Both the position numbers and the translations under genes were made by a program. Below, piece by piece: positions 12,245 to 25,848 of a stretch of DNA of 49,798 nucleotides. Position 1 is the first letter of the stretch. Each line of letters begins with the position of its first letter. The stretch comes from Octopus bimaculoides (taxonomy: Eukaryota). Under the pieces are notes generated by a model that saw nothing but the letters and a program-made list of their open reading frames with translations, ran no database searches and was not told the DNA's origin. The stretch covers positions 87,972,836 to 88,022,633 of the forward strand of contig NC_068988.1 of NCBI RefSeq assembly GCF_001194135.2, read 5' to 3'.

Positions 12245-13577
12245 TATATATATATATGTAAATATACATACATATATACGTATATATGCATATATTCGCA
12301 TAAGTACCATATCCAAACCTTGAATCTATATCTAAACCGTCTACATATATATGCATATAGAGACAGGCACACAGACACACATATATTTGTTTACATGTCG
12401 AAGCGTGTGTATGTGCGAGCATGTGTGGATGTACTTTATGTATGGTCGTATGTATATCGTGTGTGAATTTATTGTTTTGTTTGTGCTGTTCTTATTACTA
12501 CTTATTTTGAATGGTAATTATCTACAAACAATATCAGCAAATAAAAACACTATAGTCACAGTTTATGTAGACAAACATTCCCATATACAATCATGCATAA
12601 AGACACATAAGTATATATGCATGCACCCACAGACAGACAGACACACACACATACACATATAAACACACACGCATATATGTTTACACATATATTTATATAT
12701 GTATATATATATGTTTACGCATATATATATATATTTATATACATACATACATACATACATACATACATACATAAATTACACATACATGCATTCATATATA
12801 CCTTTCCCCCACACATATGTATACATGCATATTAATTAGCGTACATAACTACATGCATATGCATGTACATATAAAGGTACGCTGAAAAACACAATTATAC
12901 AATACATATATGCATGTATGGAAGTATGTATGTATGTATGTATGTATGTATGTATGTATGTATGTATGTGTATTTGTGTGTGTGTACATGTGTGCGTACG
13001 TTGTCATAGTTCATTAGTGTGTTTTCAACCTCATGGTGCGGTGTGGCTTTCCTTTATCTCCGCTATCGATACATATAGGAAGGCCAATATATCTCTACTG
13101 TATATATAAACACATAAACATGCATATAAATACGCGCATATACACAAGCTCCCACACATTGAAACATATGCAAGTACATATGTACGTACGATAAAAGGCA
13201 CTAGGCATTGACTTATATATATATATATATATATATAGACTTACTTGTAAAATAGGACGTGTGCGTTCAATAATGTAATAATACAAAGAATATATATACA
13301 TGTATACACACATATATGTACATACTTACATCTACATGTGTATATACATGCATATCAGGGTACAGGACGTTAGAACAATAAACTACAGACAACGGAACGA
13401 ACACATAGGAAAACGGAAAGCCCTTATGCTTACTTGCATACACGCATAACTACATACATACATACACATACACACATACATGTATACATACATACATACA
13501 TACATACTCACATACATACATGCATAGATGCATCCGTGCCTTAATACATATATGCATACTTACCAACATACATACTT

Positions 13578-13609
<32 letters not shown>

Positions 13610-14720
13610 NNNNNNNNNNNNNNNNNNNNNNNNNNNNNNNNNNNNNNNNNNNNNNNNNNNNNNNNNNNNNNNNNNNNNNNNNNNNNNNNNNNNNNNNNNN
13701 NNNNNNNNNNNNNNNNNNNNNNNNNNNNNNNNNNNNNNNNNNNNNNNNNNNNNNNNNNNNNNNNNNNNNNNNNNNATATATGTGTATACATGAAAGTATG
13801 TATATGAATATAAATGTTGTTTACGTATGTATGCATGTATGTAAATATGTATATACATATGTATGTGAGTATGTATATACTTAAGTGTGTATATGTATGT
13901 AAATACGTATATAAGTAAGTATATATATGTATGTAAATGTGTATATATGTATATACGTCAGTGTATATATGTATGTCAATATGTATACACATGTTTGTAA
14001 GCATGTATGTCTGTACGTAAGTATGTATATGTATTTATATACAAGTACATATATGCAAGTACATATGTACATATGTACGTATATACCTATGTATGTATGT
14101 ATGTATGTATGTATGTATGTATGTATGTGTCCGTTTGTATATGTATTTATTTGTGTACATATAGACACAGGAATATATAGACAGTGTTAATTAACTGATT
14201 TCTGTCTTGAGCACGTGACTTTGGTCATTTATTTTTAACGCCGACGTCGTCCCCTCCCCCAGTTTTCTTCGCTCCCCCTCTACCTCCCCTTCCCTCTCAA
14301 CATCATCACTGTCATAAACACTACTAACACCATCACCATCATCATCAGCATCATCGTCGTCATCATCGGCGCCTCCTCCTCCTCCTCCTCCACAACATCA
14401 TCATCGTGGTGGTGGTCGTCGTCACCATCGTCATCGTCGTCGTCATCCTTATCATCATCATCATCGCTATCATCATCATCATCATAGCCATCATTCAGTC
14501 TATTAGAAATATCCGCGAAATGCGCCTCAAATCGCAAACTACCGACATAGAATAGGAAGACGTATTAGACTACTTACTAACGGTGGGATGAAGTCGAAAG
14601 ATGGTCACGGCTGGAGCGCCTATGATCATAAATCTATCAATCAGAACTGATTTGGCGTATACATACATACTTGCATGCATCTATATACACACACGTATAC
14701 ATACATATATATAAACATAA

Positions 14721-14822
<102 letters not shown>

Positions 14823-16009
14823 NNNNNNNNNNNNNNNNNNNNNNNNNNNNNNNNNNNNNNNNNNNNNNNNNNNNNNNNNNNNNNNNNNNNNNNNNNNNNN
14901 NNNNNNNNNNNNNNNNNNNNNNNNNNNNNNNNNNNNNNNNNNNNNNNNNNNNNNNNNNNNNNNNNNNNNNNNNNNNNNNNNNNNNNNNNNNNNNNNNNNN
15001 NNNNNNNNNNNNNNNNNNNNNNNNNNNNNNNNNNNNNNNNNNNNNNNNNNNNNNNNNNNNNNNNNNNNNNNNNNNNNNNNNNNNNNNNNNNNNNNNNNNN
15101 NNNNNNNNNNNNNNNNNNNNNNNNNNNNNNNNNNNNNNNNNNNNNNNNNNNNNNNNNNNNNNNNNNNNNNNNNNNNNNNNNNNNNNNNNNNNNNNNNNNN
15201 NNNNNNNNNNNNNNNNNNNNNNNNNNNNNNNNNNNNNNNNNNNNNNNNNNNNNNNNNNNNNNNNNNNNNNNNNNNNNNNNNNNNNNNNNNNNNNNNNNNN
15301 NNNNNNNNNNNNNNNNNNNNNNNNNNNNNNNNNNNNNNNNNNNNNNNNNNNNNNNNNNNNNNNNNNNNNNNNNNNNNNNNNNNNNNNNNNNNNNNNNNNN
15401 NNNNNNNNNNNNNNNNNNNNNNNNNNNNNNNNNNNNNNNNNNNNNNNNNNNNNNNNNNNNNNNNNNNNNNNNNNNNNNNNNNNNNNNNNNNNNNNNNNNN
15501 NNNNNNNNNNNNNNNNNNNNNNNNNNNNNNNNNNNNNNNNNNNNNNNNNNNNNNNNNNNNNNNNNNNNNNNNNNNNNNNNNNNNNNNNNNNNNNNNNNNN
15601 NNNNNNNNNNNNNNNNNNNNNNNNNNNNNNNNNNNNNNNNNNNNNNNNNNNNNNNNNNNNNNNNNNNNNNNNNNNNNNNNNNNNNNNNNNNNNNNNNNNN
15701 NNNNNNNNNNNNNNNNNNNNNNNATATATATATATATATATATGATATATAATCCCATGTGTAATTCGGTGTGTCTGTACATTTCTTGTGATTAGCTGTA
15801 TACGCTGCTTTTAGCTAGCAATGTGGTAAGATAAGTTGTTTCAGTGTATTTAGAAACATATAAACCTACTATGAGACCTTTAACTCACTAGTTAGGTCTT
15901 ACGCTTCAGGAAGCCACCTAGAAGAAAACAGGATACTGGGACTGCATCCATTTATGCACTTCGAAATGCAAGTAGGACAAAAGGTCAAACAAAATTTATT
16001 ATTAGTATA

Positions 16010-16900
16010 ATTGGTAGCGCATTATATAGTGTGCGTAGCATCATCTGTTTCGGTTCTCTACATTCTGCGTTGAAATACTGCCGAGAGCAAATTTTGTCCT
16101 CTATCATTTTAGGATCGATAAAAATAAAAAAAAACTCATTTAAGTTCGTCGTTCGATGGCATCGGCTACGTCCCATCACAACACAGAATTACGGGCATTT
16201 CCCTTAAATTCGAAACAATATTATCAACATGTCTATCTTAAATTTCGTGGCGGTCGATCGACCGAATCGATTAAGCATCAAACAAAATGCTATACGGCAT
16301 TTTGTTCCAGCTCAATATTGGTTCCGTATACGCCGGGGTCATCTTTGCCTTTTATTTCTGATTTGATAAAGTAAGAGTTTCGACTAGCAGCATAAGGGAT
16401 GGAAATTTCAAAGGAGAAGATTGATGTCAATGATCGCAACACATGACTGGTACGTTATTTTATCGACCTTGTAACGGGTGAAAGGTTAGAGTTTCAGGAT
16501 GATTCGAACTCAGAATGTAGAGAGCCGGAATAAACATCGGAAGGCAGTTTGTTCAGCGCTTTATAAATTCTTTATAAGTTCTTTCAAGTCAATACTACAA
16601 ATAAGAATGGTTTCAAATTTTAGAGCAAGAAGGGTGATTTTGAGGGGAGGGGGTCAGTCGATACCAGCGACCTCAGTACTTGTCTGGTACTTTTATTTTA
16701 TCGACTCCGAAGATAAAATACAAAGTTTGATCTTGGCAGTTTTTCGGAAGGAAAAATATCGTAAATAGCCGAAAGGAATGCCATAAACTATTTTGTCAAA
16801 CGCTTTACCAATTCTGTCAATCCAAATGCAAAACATTCATTCCTCTTGACCCAGCTTTAGACTCGGATGCAACTCGTATAAATTACAGCAAAACCAAAAC

Positions 16901-16944
<44 letters not shown>

Positions 16945-16959
16945 CCTTTNNNNNNNNNN

Positions 16960-16994
<35 letters not shown>

Positions 16995-17115
16995 CCTTTT
17001 TACTCATATCGCAAGGCCTGGAATTTAGGGGAAGACGACTAGCCGTCTAAATCGACTCCAGTGCGTAAATGGTACTTATTTTATCGACTTCGAAAGTCGA
17101 CCTCGGCGGAATTTA
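16010..17115. mobile_element. Cluster of degraded SINE type A remnants in both orientations (~16010-16140 +, 16255-16385 +, 16400-16560 -, 16615-16820 -, 16995-17115 -)
   Basis: Repeated matches to the type A core (ctggtacttattttatcgac / gtcgacctcggcggaattt / gaactcagaa). The 16995 copy starts at an (AAT)n array. Confidence 0.7.
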
Positions 17116-17154
17116 CTGAAGAAGATGAAGGCGACGACGATGATGATGATGATA

Positions 17155-17226
17155 GAAGAAGAAGAAGAAGAAGAAGAAGAAGAAGAAGAAGAAGAAGAAG
17201 AAGAAGAAGAAGAAGAAGAAGAAGAA
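17155..17226. repeat. (GAA)n microsatellite
   Basis: Perfect GAA run. Confidence 0.97.
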
Positions 17227-18222
17227 TGATAAAATTATACGAAATCTCAAGTACTTTTCAATTAAGACCATTTGATACCCCACATATATTCTTTGCTTTT
17301 CCTTCAAAATATTATAATTCAATACTAAATAAATAGTTTTAATACATTCGTTATACCATGAGTATTTTTAAAAACTATCGTTTAAATCTAAATAACTAAG
17401 TGTTTGATAAAAGGTACAAGATAAGCAAATACAGAGAAGCAGGGCGCAAGAGAATATAAGTAAAACTAAAACAATACAAAAAAATGAAAAACACAACAAA
17501 ACAAAAGATGACATACCTGATGGGTTCGTGTGCGCCACATAGTAACTGTTTTTTCTGGAAAGAACTCTCTCTCTCTCTATACCATTAACTCTCTCTCTCT
17601 CTGATTCTTTCAATATTTCCCTGTGATTCTCTATCATTTAGCTTTTCATTACTACTCAATCTCGTACTCATACTGTCTCGTTCTTACAATATCGTAGAAA
17701 GTAAGAAGATAGAAAGACAATTCAGATCTTACCAAATATACCCACCGCCACAAAACAGTGAAAAGGGGAAAAAACAAACAACGACCAAAAATATGCACAA
17801 AAAAAAATAAATAATAGCAACAGAATCACTGAAATCCAACATTAAAAACAACAACAAAAACAAACGAAACAAAACGGGACCAGCAGAGATGAAAGACGGG
17901 AAAAATGGCAGCTGCAATTGGTTGATTCTGGACTTTGCAATTGATGAAGTTAGACAACAATACTGGAGGGTGGGATGTCTTTATGCAAAAGTCCAGATGG
18001 ATAAATACGTACCCAGCTACAAACCTACCTACATACCTACTTATGTATAATTAAATAGATAGAAACTAGGATTTATACTTCCTGGAGACAGAACAACAAA
18101 CGTGTATGCGTTTATAAAGTACGAGTATATGTGCATGTATTAAACGTAACTGGTCCGGGAACGCTTTAATACCAGTTCGTATACGTGCATGTATGAATGA
18201 ATGTTTGTACGTACGTATGCAT

Positions 18223-18261
<39 letters not shown>

Positions 18262-18279
18262 CATGTATATATATATATG

Positions 18280-18311
<32 letters not shown>

Positions 18312-18501
18312 NNNNNNNNNNNNNNNNNNNNNNNNNNNNNNNNNNNNNNNNNNNNNNNNNNNNNNNNNNNNNNNNNNNNNNNNNNNNNNNNNNNNNNNNN
18401 NNNNNNNNNNNNNNNNNNNNNNNNNNNNNNNNNNNNNNNNNNNNNNNNNNNNNNNNNNNNNNNNNNNNNNNNNNNNNNNNNNNNNNNNNTATATATATTC
18501 T

Positions 18502-18660
18502 ATACTTTTATTCTTTTACTTGTTTCAGTAATCTGATTGTGGTCATGCTGGAGCACCGCCTTTAGTCGAGGAAATCGACCCCAGGACTTATTCTATCAAT
18601 CTCTTTTCCGAACCTTCAAGTTAGGGGGACGTAAACACACCAACATTGGTTGCCAAGCGA
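18502..18660 (-). mobile_element. SINE type C, 3' portion with internal deletion
   Basis: tttacttgtttcagt...catgctggagcaccgcctttagtcgag...atcgaccccaggacttattct...cgtaaacacaccaacattggttg matches 38175-38360. Confidence 0.85.
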
Positions 18661-19423
18661 AATACATATATGCATATATACAAAAGTACGTACATAAATA
18701 TAGCTATATAATATGTGTATGTGTATATGTCGGTGTGTGTGTGTTTATGCTTTTGTATGTGTATGCGTGTATGCGCGTGCACACACATGTATACTCGCAT
18801 AAAGATATCCATCTATGATGCATACACAATTACATACATATTACAAATACTCTAAGCACAACACACGCATGCATTCACGCACACACACACATCTATCCAT
18901 GTATACAAATGACAGAAATATGTCTATAGAAATGGGCAGAAAATTGTAACAACCAGCTTTATATCGGGTCCAATTTTTGAATTCGTTAACATTGATTTGT
19001 TCGTGTATTGAATTCCTTCAAAGATTCTAGCTCTCCTGCAACCTCTTATCTGTTCTAAATGGCAAATACTCTGATTATCTTGTCATGTGAGATTGTGTAT
19101 GGCAGATTGTTGATACGTATGGTTGCATATGGTTGAATGTAGTAGTGTGTATAATAGTGTATGCATGTTTGTGTGTGTGTGTGTGTGTGTTTTATATGAC
19201 TATGCATTTTTGCGCACACGTCTGTGAGCGTGTACGTGTATGTGCATGTGTGCGCGCGCGCGTATGTGCGAGAGAGTGAGAAGGAGAGAAAGATAAAGAG
19301 AGGGAGAGAGAGAGAGAGAGAGCCAATTGTATGCATAGGTATGAAGCTGCAGATGTATGTATAAGGGGTTGCATACAGATACATACATAAATATATATAC
19401 ATGTATGCATACATACATACATA

Positions 19424-19892
19424 GCCGCTTATAATAAAAAGTAGTACAGATGGAATGTTCCAGTGAAGACCTTAATAAAATATAAGAACAATAGACCCGA
19501 TATAATGATTTGGGATTGAGAAGAGAAACTGTGCACAGTTGTGGAAATTAGCTGCCCAGCGGATGCTGACGTAAAGCTGAAGAACAGTGAAAAAAAGAAC
19601 ACCTATGCTGAACTATTAACAAATCCGAAATTACACTATCCAGATTACAAGTTCAGGTTTATACATGTAATTATTGGGGCTCTGAGATATGAAGCACACT
19701 GCCTAAATACAAATCTTGAGAAATTAGGCTTCTGAAAATCAGAAAGGAGAAAGCTATTTCGAAGACTACAGTTCCAACCCATCACTGGGACGGTAAAAAT
19801 CTGTAAAACTTTCCAGAAGTTTATCATTTAAATATATATGAGCATGTCTAGATATGCAGCTATATGTATGAGAATACATAGATAAAGCAAAA
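19424..19892 (+). mobile_element. R4-like RLE non-LTR retrotransposon (TACA-associated family), 5'-truncated copy 1
   Basis: WNVPVKTLIKYKNNRPDIMIWD*EEKLCTVVEISCPADADVKLK...YPDYKFRFIHVIIGAL...LEKLGF*...GTVKICKTFQKFII* is a PD..E-type restriction-like endonuclease C-terminus, with the stop at 19829-19831. Both flanks are CATA/TACA repeats. Confidence 0.85.
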
Positions 19893-19934
19893 CATACAAA
19901 TCTGCACATATACATACATGTATACAAACAAAAT

Positions 19935-20173
19935 TACCCTGTTGTTGATGTTGAAATTCCAATGAAGGAGGTGGACTGTAGGTTAGGAACCGGTTCTTTC
20001 TCTATTGGAAAGAAATCTTGAAATAAAACAGAACAATGATATGCATATATACATGCATACAAACCTACGTACATGCAAACTTTCAGCTTCGTACCTATTA
20101 TTATTGGAGCAACAAAATACATACAAACCCGCCGTGTACGCAGACAACTCCCAAATTAAAAAGAGAAAGAGGA
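19935..20173 (+). mobile_element. Two short remnants of the TACA-associated family (3' UTR-like 19935-20040; FSFVPIIIGA plus 3' end 20082-20173)
   Basis: gttaggaaccggttctttctctattggaaagaaat resembles the copy-2 UTR gttggaaaccgactccctccttaggggaagattt. 20082-20123 reads FSFVPIIIGATKYI and the piece ends aattaaaaagagaaagagga|catacat, like copy 2 (aattaaaaaatagaaggga|cataca). Confidence 0.55.
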
Positions 20174-20290
20174 CATACATACATGCATACATAATACTTA
20201 AATATATACATATATATCCATACATGCATAGATACTTGCATACATACATACATACCTACATACATACATACATTCATGGATACATGCATC

Positions 20291-20332
<42 letters not shown>

Positions 20333-20390
20333 CATACATACATACATATATACATACATGCAGACAGACATACATACATACAAACAGACA

Positions 20391-21528
20391 GACAGACTCT
20401 ACCTAAGAAGAAATGAAGGTGGTAGAGTCCTGAGATCAGTGCAGACAGCCTTCGAATGCCGTATGGTATCACTCAGGCAGCACCTGCTAAACAACAGCAG
20501 CAAAAATAGATATATTAATACAATGCTGAAAAGTGAAGTGAGCAACATTGTACGAGTTGGCAGTAAACTCCTCAAGAATCACTCTCTTCTTAATGATCTC
20601 ATACACAGCTCCAAAACAGCTGGGCATACAAAAAAAAAAAAAAGATCATGCATGGGTATGTTGCCCGGAAGTTTCAAGAAGACAGTAGAACTGACACGAA
20701 GCGCAGACTCTCTTAGACACAAGACCGCAACATCACATCACACTTTGAAGGCTATGCGTTTGTAATCCATGAACAGGAGATTACATGGTGAACAAGAGAG
20801 ACAGTGACGCTCTTGTAATCCCAAGGTGCAACCGCATGTGTAGGCTATGTCAAGTTTCTGTGGAAGGCATCACGCATGCGATTAGCAGCTGTCCCAAAAT
20901 GTCGTCACGGTACTACCTCCCTATGCGGCACGATGTTGCTAAAACAATTTACAATGGCATCCGCAAAAATGACTGTCCTGAAATAAACTTAGAAAATCCC
21001 TCTGTTATGGAATACATACATAAACACGAACCCAAGGAATACTGGTGGAATATTCCCATCAAAACTTCTCTCAAATGTAAACATAACAGGCCGGATATTG
21101 TCGTTTGGGACAGAGTGCAGATATATGTATCGTCATAGAGGTTAGCTGCCCTGCAGATATAAACATCTCTTTGAAAATCAAAGAAAAAGAGGATAGCTTT
21201 GGACAACTGCTTCGAATCCTCCAGCTTCTATATACCCAGACCATAAATTCTTATTCATACCAATAATAATTGGATCGCTAGGTTTTGTTAGTAAATACTT
21301 AATGGGAAAGCTGAATAAACTAGGATTTTCAGAAAGAGAAATCGACCGGCTGATTCGTACATAACAAGTCCAATCTGTGAGTGGAAGGGTAAAAATGTGC
21401 AAGACTTTTCTCAAGTTCCAAATGTGAATTTGTCTGTGTTTACATCCCAAAGATGGAACCTTATATCTTTGTTGGAAACCGACTCCCTCCTTAGGGGAAG
21501 ATTTATAATAATTAAAAAATAGAAGGGA
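20391..21528 (+). mobile_element. R4-like RLE non-LTR retrotransposon (TACA-associated family), longest copy: thumb, CCHC knuckle, endonuclease and 3' UTR
   Basis: DRLYLRRNEGGR (thumb); ITSHFEGYAFVIHEQEI; CRLCQVSVEGITHAISSC (CCHC); YLPMRHD; WWNIPIKTSLKCKHNRPDIVVWD...ICIVIEVSCPADINI...IPIIIGSLG...CKTFLKFQM* (stop 21425-21427). Several frameshifts. TACA repeats on both sides. Confidence 0.92.
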
Positions 21529-21643
21529 CATACACATATACATACATACATACTTACATACAAACATATATACATACATACATACATACATACATACACA
21601 CATACATACATATATATACATACTTACATACATACATATACAC

Positions 21644-22047
21644 TTAGGACGGATATTGTTTTGGGGACAGACAAGAAAAATCATGCACATCAGCTATCCT
21701 GCTGAAGTGAATATTGCTTCGAAAATCAAAGAGAAAGAGGATTACCACAGGCAAATGCTTCAAAACCTCCATTTTCCATATCCAGATTATAAATTCACAT
21801 TTATACCAATAATAATAGGAGCTTTTAGTTTTGCAAATAAATGCCAAATTGGTAATCAGTATAAGCTGATTTAACTCACACGTTGCAAATACAATCTATA
21901 AGCAGAACAGTAAAAATATGCAAGACTTTTCTCAAGTTTAAAATGTGAAATTGGTTTTACCTACATTTTATCGATGGAGCATTGTAGATTTGTTAGAATC
22001 CAGCTCCATTTTTTACAGATAGATTACAAACTAAAGATAGAAGAGAA
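21644..22047 (+). mobile_element. R4-like RLE non-LTR retrotransposon (TACA-associated family), 5'-truncated copy 3
   Basis: Begins at the RPDI-equivalent (ggacggatattgttttggggacaga) and reads ISYPAEVNIASKIKEKED...YPDYKFTFIPIIIGA. Shares ...caagactttt ctcaagtt.aaatgtga with copy 2. Ends gatagaagagaa|cacacataca. Confidence 0.85.
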
Positions 22048-22104
22048 CACACATACATATATACACGCATATAAATATACAGATATATAAAATATATGTA
22101 TGTA

Positions 22105-22173
<69 letters not shown>

Positions 22174-24099
22174 NNNNNNNNNNNNNNNNNNNNNNNNNNN
22201 NNNNNNNNNNNNNNNNNNNNNNNNNNNNNNNNNNNNNNNNNNNNNNNNNNNNNNNNNNNNNNNNNNNNNNNNNNNNNNNNNNNNNNNNNNNNNNNNNNNN
22301 NNNNNNNNNNNNNNNNNNNNNNNNNNNNNNNNNNNNNNNNNNNNNNNNNNNNNNNNNNNNNNNNNNNNNNNNNNNNNNNNNNNNNNNNNNNNNNNNNNNN
22401 NNNNNNNNNNNNNNNNNNNNNNNNNNNNNNNNNNNNNNNNNNNNNNNNNNNNNNNNNNNNNNNNNNNNNNNNNNNNNNNNNNNNNNNNNNNTAATTATGT
22501 GGAGAATGGAGAATGGAGAAACAAACACAAGAAGAAACAAGTCAATTGGGCTAGTTAGCCATTGATTTAATTATGTGGAGATTATATAATGAGTCATTTA
22601 CGATCGTTTCAATGTGCCAATTGGTTTGGCAGATCTCTTCAGAATGTTGAGGTGTATGTTAGAGTTCATAGTGTGAGAGATGCAGGAGAAACAGTTAGTT
22701 TCTTGTAATGCATATAGTAATGCATATAGTAATGCATATAGTATATAGTATATAGTAATACATATAGTATATGTATATAGTATATAGTAATGCATATAGT
22801 GGTATAAAAAGAGAGTTAGGTAAAGTTAGTCTTAGATTTTAGTTGAAGTTGTGTTAATAGTCTTTCTGCAAAGGAGAGGTAGGGTGGGTGCTGTTTAAGC
22901 TCGTAGTTCCAATCTTAATCAGACGCATTTCGCACGTGGTTGTTTTTAGAATTCAGGCGTGTGTCTTTTACTTTTAGCACCGGCGGTGTTAGTAAAGGGG
23001 AGTAAATCTAAGTTTTGGTGAAGAGGAAGCTAACTCTGACCTTATTAATATTTAATTATAATTAATTGTACATAGAAAAGGAAAATTCTTTTTTACATAT
23101 TTAATTTTACTTAGAAAGTGGAATGTATTACATACTTAATTATACTTAGAAAATGAATATTTCGTAGTGTGTAAACAAATTCGTTTATGTTCATATCTTT
23201 TGTTTAAGAGATGCTTTCTAGCCGTTAAGATTTTGAGGCGTTGCCTATATATATATATATATGTATGTGTGTATATATATATATTGCTGACCTAATCTAC
23301 ATCACTACATAATCTGTCTTACCAAAAACTAGCCCAACAATCACCTATGACGTCATGAATGATTATTTCATTTACCTGCCCTGTCCCATCTATTTCTTTC
23401 ATTCCTCCTCCTCCTCCTCCTCCTCCATTCTTGTCGTTGTCGTTGCCGTTACTACCATCAACTGCAGCATCAGCAGCATCACTGCTAACATATAACCCCC
23501 AACAACAGAAACAACAGCACCCGTCACAACAGCAACAGCAGCCCCAACATTAACAACAGCAACATCAACAACAATAATAATAGTAATAATAATATTTATA
23601 AAAATCTTCCTTTTCATCATGGTCGTCATCTTGAGCATTGTCATGAACATGATAACCATATTCACACTTAGGCTCACATATATACACAAATGTGTATACA
23701 TACATACATGCATACATAATACATATACATATATACATACATACATATATATATTTATNNNNNNNNNNATAATAATAATAATAATAATAACAAAAACAAC
23801 TATTATAGTAATAACAACGTGGACGATATTGATAGGAGCAATAACTACGGGGGTGATGTTGACGCTGATGATAGTGATGATGTGTTCAAAATCTAAACGT
23901 CTATTAATGGAATGTTTCTATTTGAGAAGAATAAAAAAAAAAACTTGATGCGTTTTTAAATTTTTTTTTATTTATTTTATTCTTCCATTTTATATCTATT
24001 ATTTTTTCTTTTCAGATTGTCTCTCTTTTGAGAGTCATTTGTGTGAAAATATTTCTCATTAATTCCACTTGAATATATGCCAATGTATCCTGGTCTACC

Positions 24100-24137
<38 letters not shown>

Positions 24138-24223
24138 NNNNNNNNNNNNNNNNNNNNNNNNNNNNNNNNNNNNNNNNNNNNNNNNNNNNNNNNNNNNNNN
24201 NNNNNNNNNNNNNNNNNNNNNNN

Positions 24224-24254
<31 letters not shown>

Positions 24255-25181
24255 CTGATTATGTATACACTCAGAATTCAATTAAATTCATCCATGTTTA
24301 TATATATTCACGCACACATACTCACACGCATACTCACACGCACACACACACACACGTTCACACACACACACACATATGAATATGTACATACGAATATGTA
24401 CATATATATATATACATATATGAATATATATACATACGTGTGTGTGTGTTTTATGTTCAGGGTATTTCTAATATATATGCAATTTTGTATGCATGATAGA
24501 TGGATAAGTGAATGAATATATNNNNNNNNNNNNNNNNNNNNNNNNNNNNNNNNNNNNNNNNNNNNNNNNNNNNNNNNNNNNNNNNNNNNNNNNNNNNNNN
24601 NNNNNNNNNNNNNNNNNNNNNNNNNNNNNNNNNNNNNNNNNNNNNNNNNNNNNNNNNNNNNNNNNNNNNNNNNNNNNNNNNNNNNNNNNNNNNNNNNNNN
24701 NNNNNNNNNNNNNNNNNNNNNNNNNNNNNNNNNNNNNNNNNNNNNNNNNNNNNNNNNNNNNNNNNNNNNNNNNNNNNNNNNNNNNNNNNNNNNNNNNNNN
24801 NNNNNNNNNNNNNNNNNNNNNNNNNNNNNNNNNNNNNNNNNNNNNNNNNNNNNNNNNNNNNNNNNNNNNNNNNNNNNNNNNNNNNNNNNNNNNNNNNNNN
24901 NNNNNNNNNNNNNNNNNNNNNNNNNNNNNNNNNNNNNNNNNNNNNNNNNNNNNNNNNNNNNNNNNNNNNNNNNNNNNNNNNNNNNNNNNNNNNNNNNNNN
25001 NNNNNNNNNNNNNNNNNNNNNNNNNNNNNNNNNNNNNNNNNNNNNNNNNNNNNNNNNNNNNNNNNNNNNNNNNNNNNNNNNNNNNNNNNNNNNNNNNNNN
25101 NNNNNNNNNNNNNNNNNNNNNNNNNNNNNNNNNNNNNNNNNNNNNNNNNNNNNNNNNNNNNNNNNNNNNNNNNNNNNNNNN

Positions 25182-25213
<32 letters not shown>

Positions 25214-25221
25214 TGCATGTA

Positions 25222-25261
<40 letters not shown>

Positions 25262-25848
25262 ATATATATACAGGGATTTTCATGCTGAACTACTTGGCAA
25301 AATTGTTAATTATTAATTATATTATTAATTGACGATTCCCTGCCCTTATTCTTGTATATATCACACATATATATATATACCACATATGGTGACGGTGAGC
25401 AAACCAAAACTTCGAAGTTACTGTTAACCTTTTTCTTTCAAAATATATGTACTCGACAAAACATTTTTTAGTAATACTTAAGTTTAATGTGAAATTATTT
25501 TTATATAGACTTAGTCAGGTGTTAAGATTTTGCATACCAATACATTAATATGTACTTATGTATATACTACATGTGTACATATATCATTTATCTTTTTCTT
25601 TTACCTGTTTCAGTGATTAAATCATGGCCATGCTGGGGTAATGCTTTCTAGTCGAGCGAATGGACGCCAGTACCTAAACGTAAACTCATAAACATTAATT
25701 GTATACACACACACACACACACACACANNNNNNNNNNAAAACGATAAAAGTACTGGTGAGATGTAAATATTATTTAATAAATACAATATGTAGCTTTATG
25801 TACTACTATTCGTTTCATGTGCTGAGAACATGCTAAATATTGCTTTAT

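Noticed and set aside
14280-14537. Acidic/His-rich ORF, and similar poly-Q/P (23359-23553), poly-A/T (25911-26114) and poly-G/V (26604-27245) ORFs
   Set aside because: Mixed trinucleotide microsatellites open in several frames on both strands, with no complex coding sequence attached.
17927-17997. SECIS element or C/D-box snoRNA reading of the hairpin
   Set aside because: ATGA is present but helix II and the apical AAR geometry do not form; the C-box-like TTGATGA has no matching terminal CTGA.
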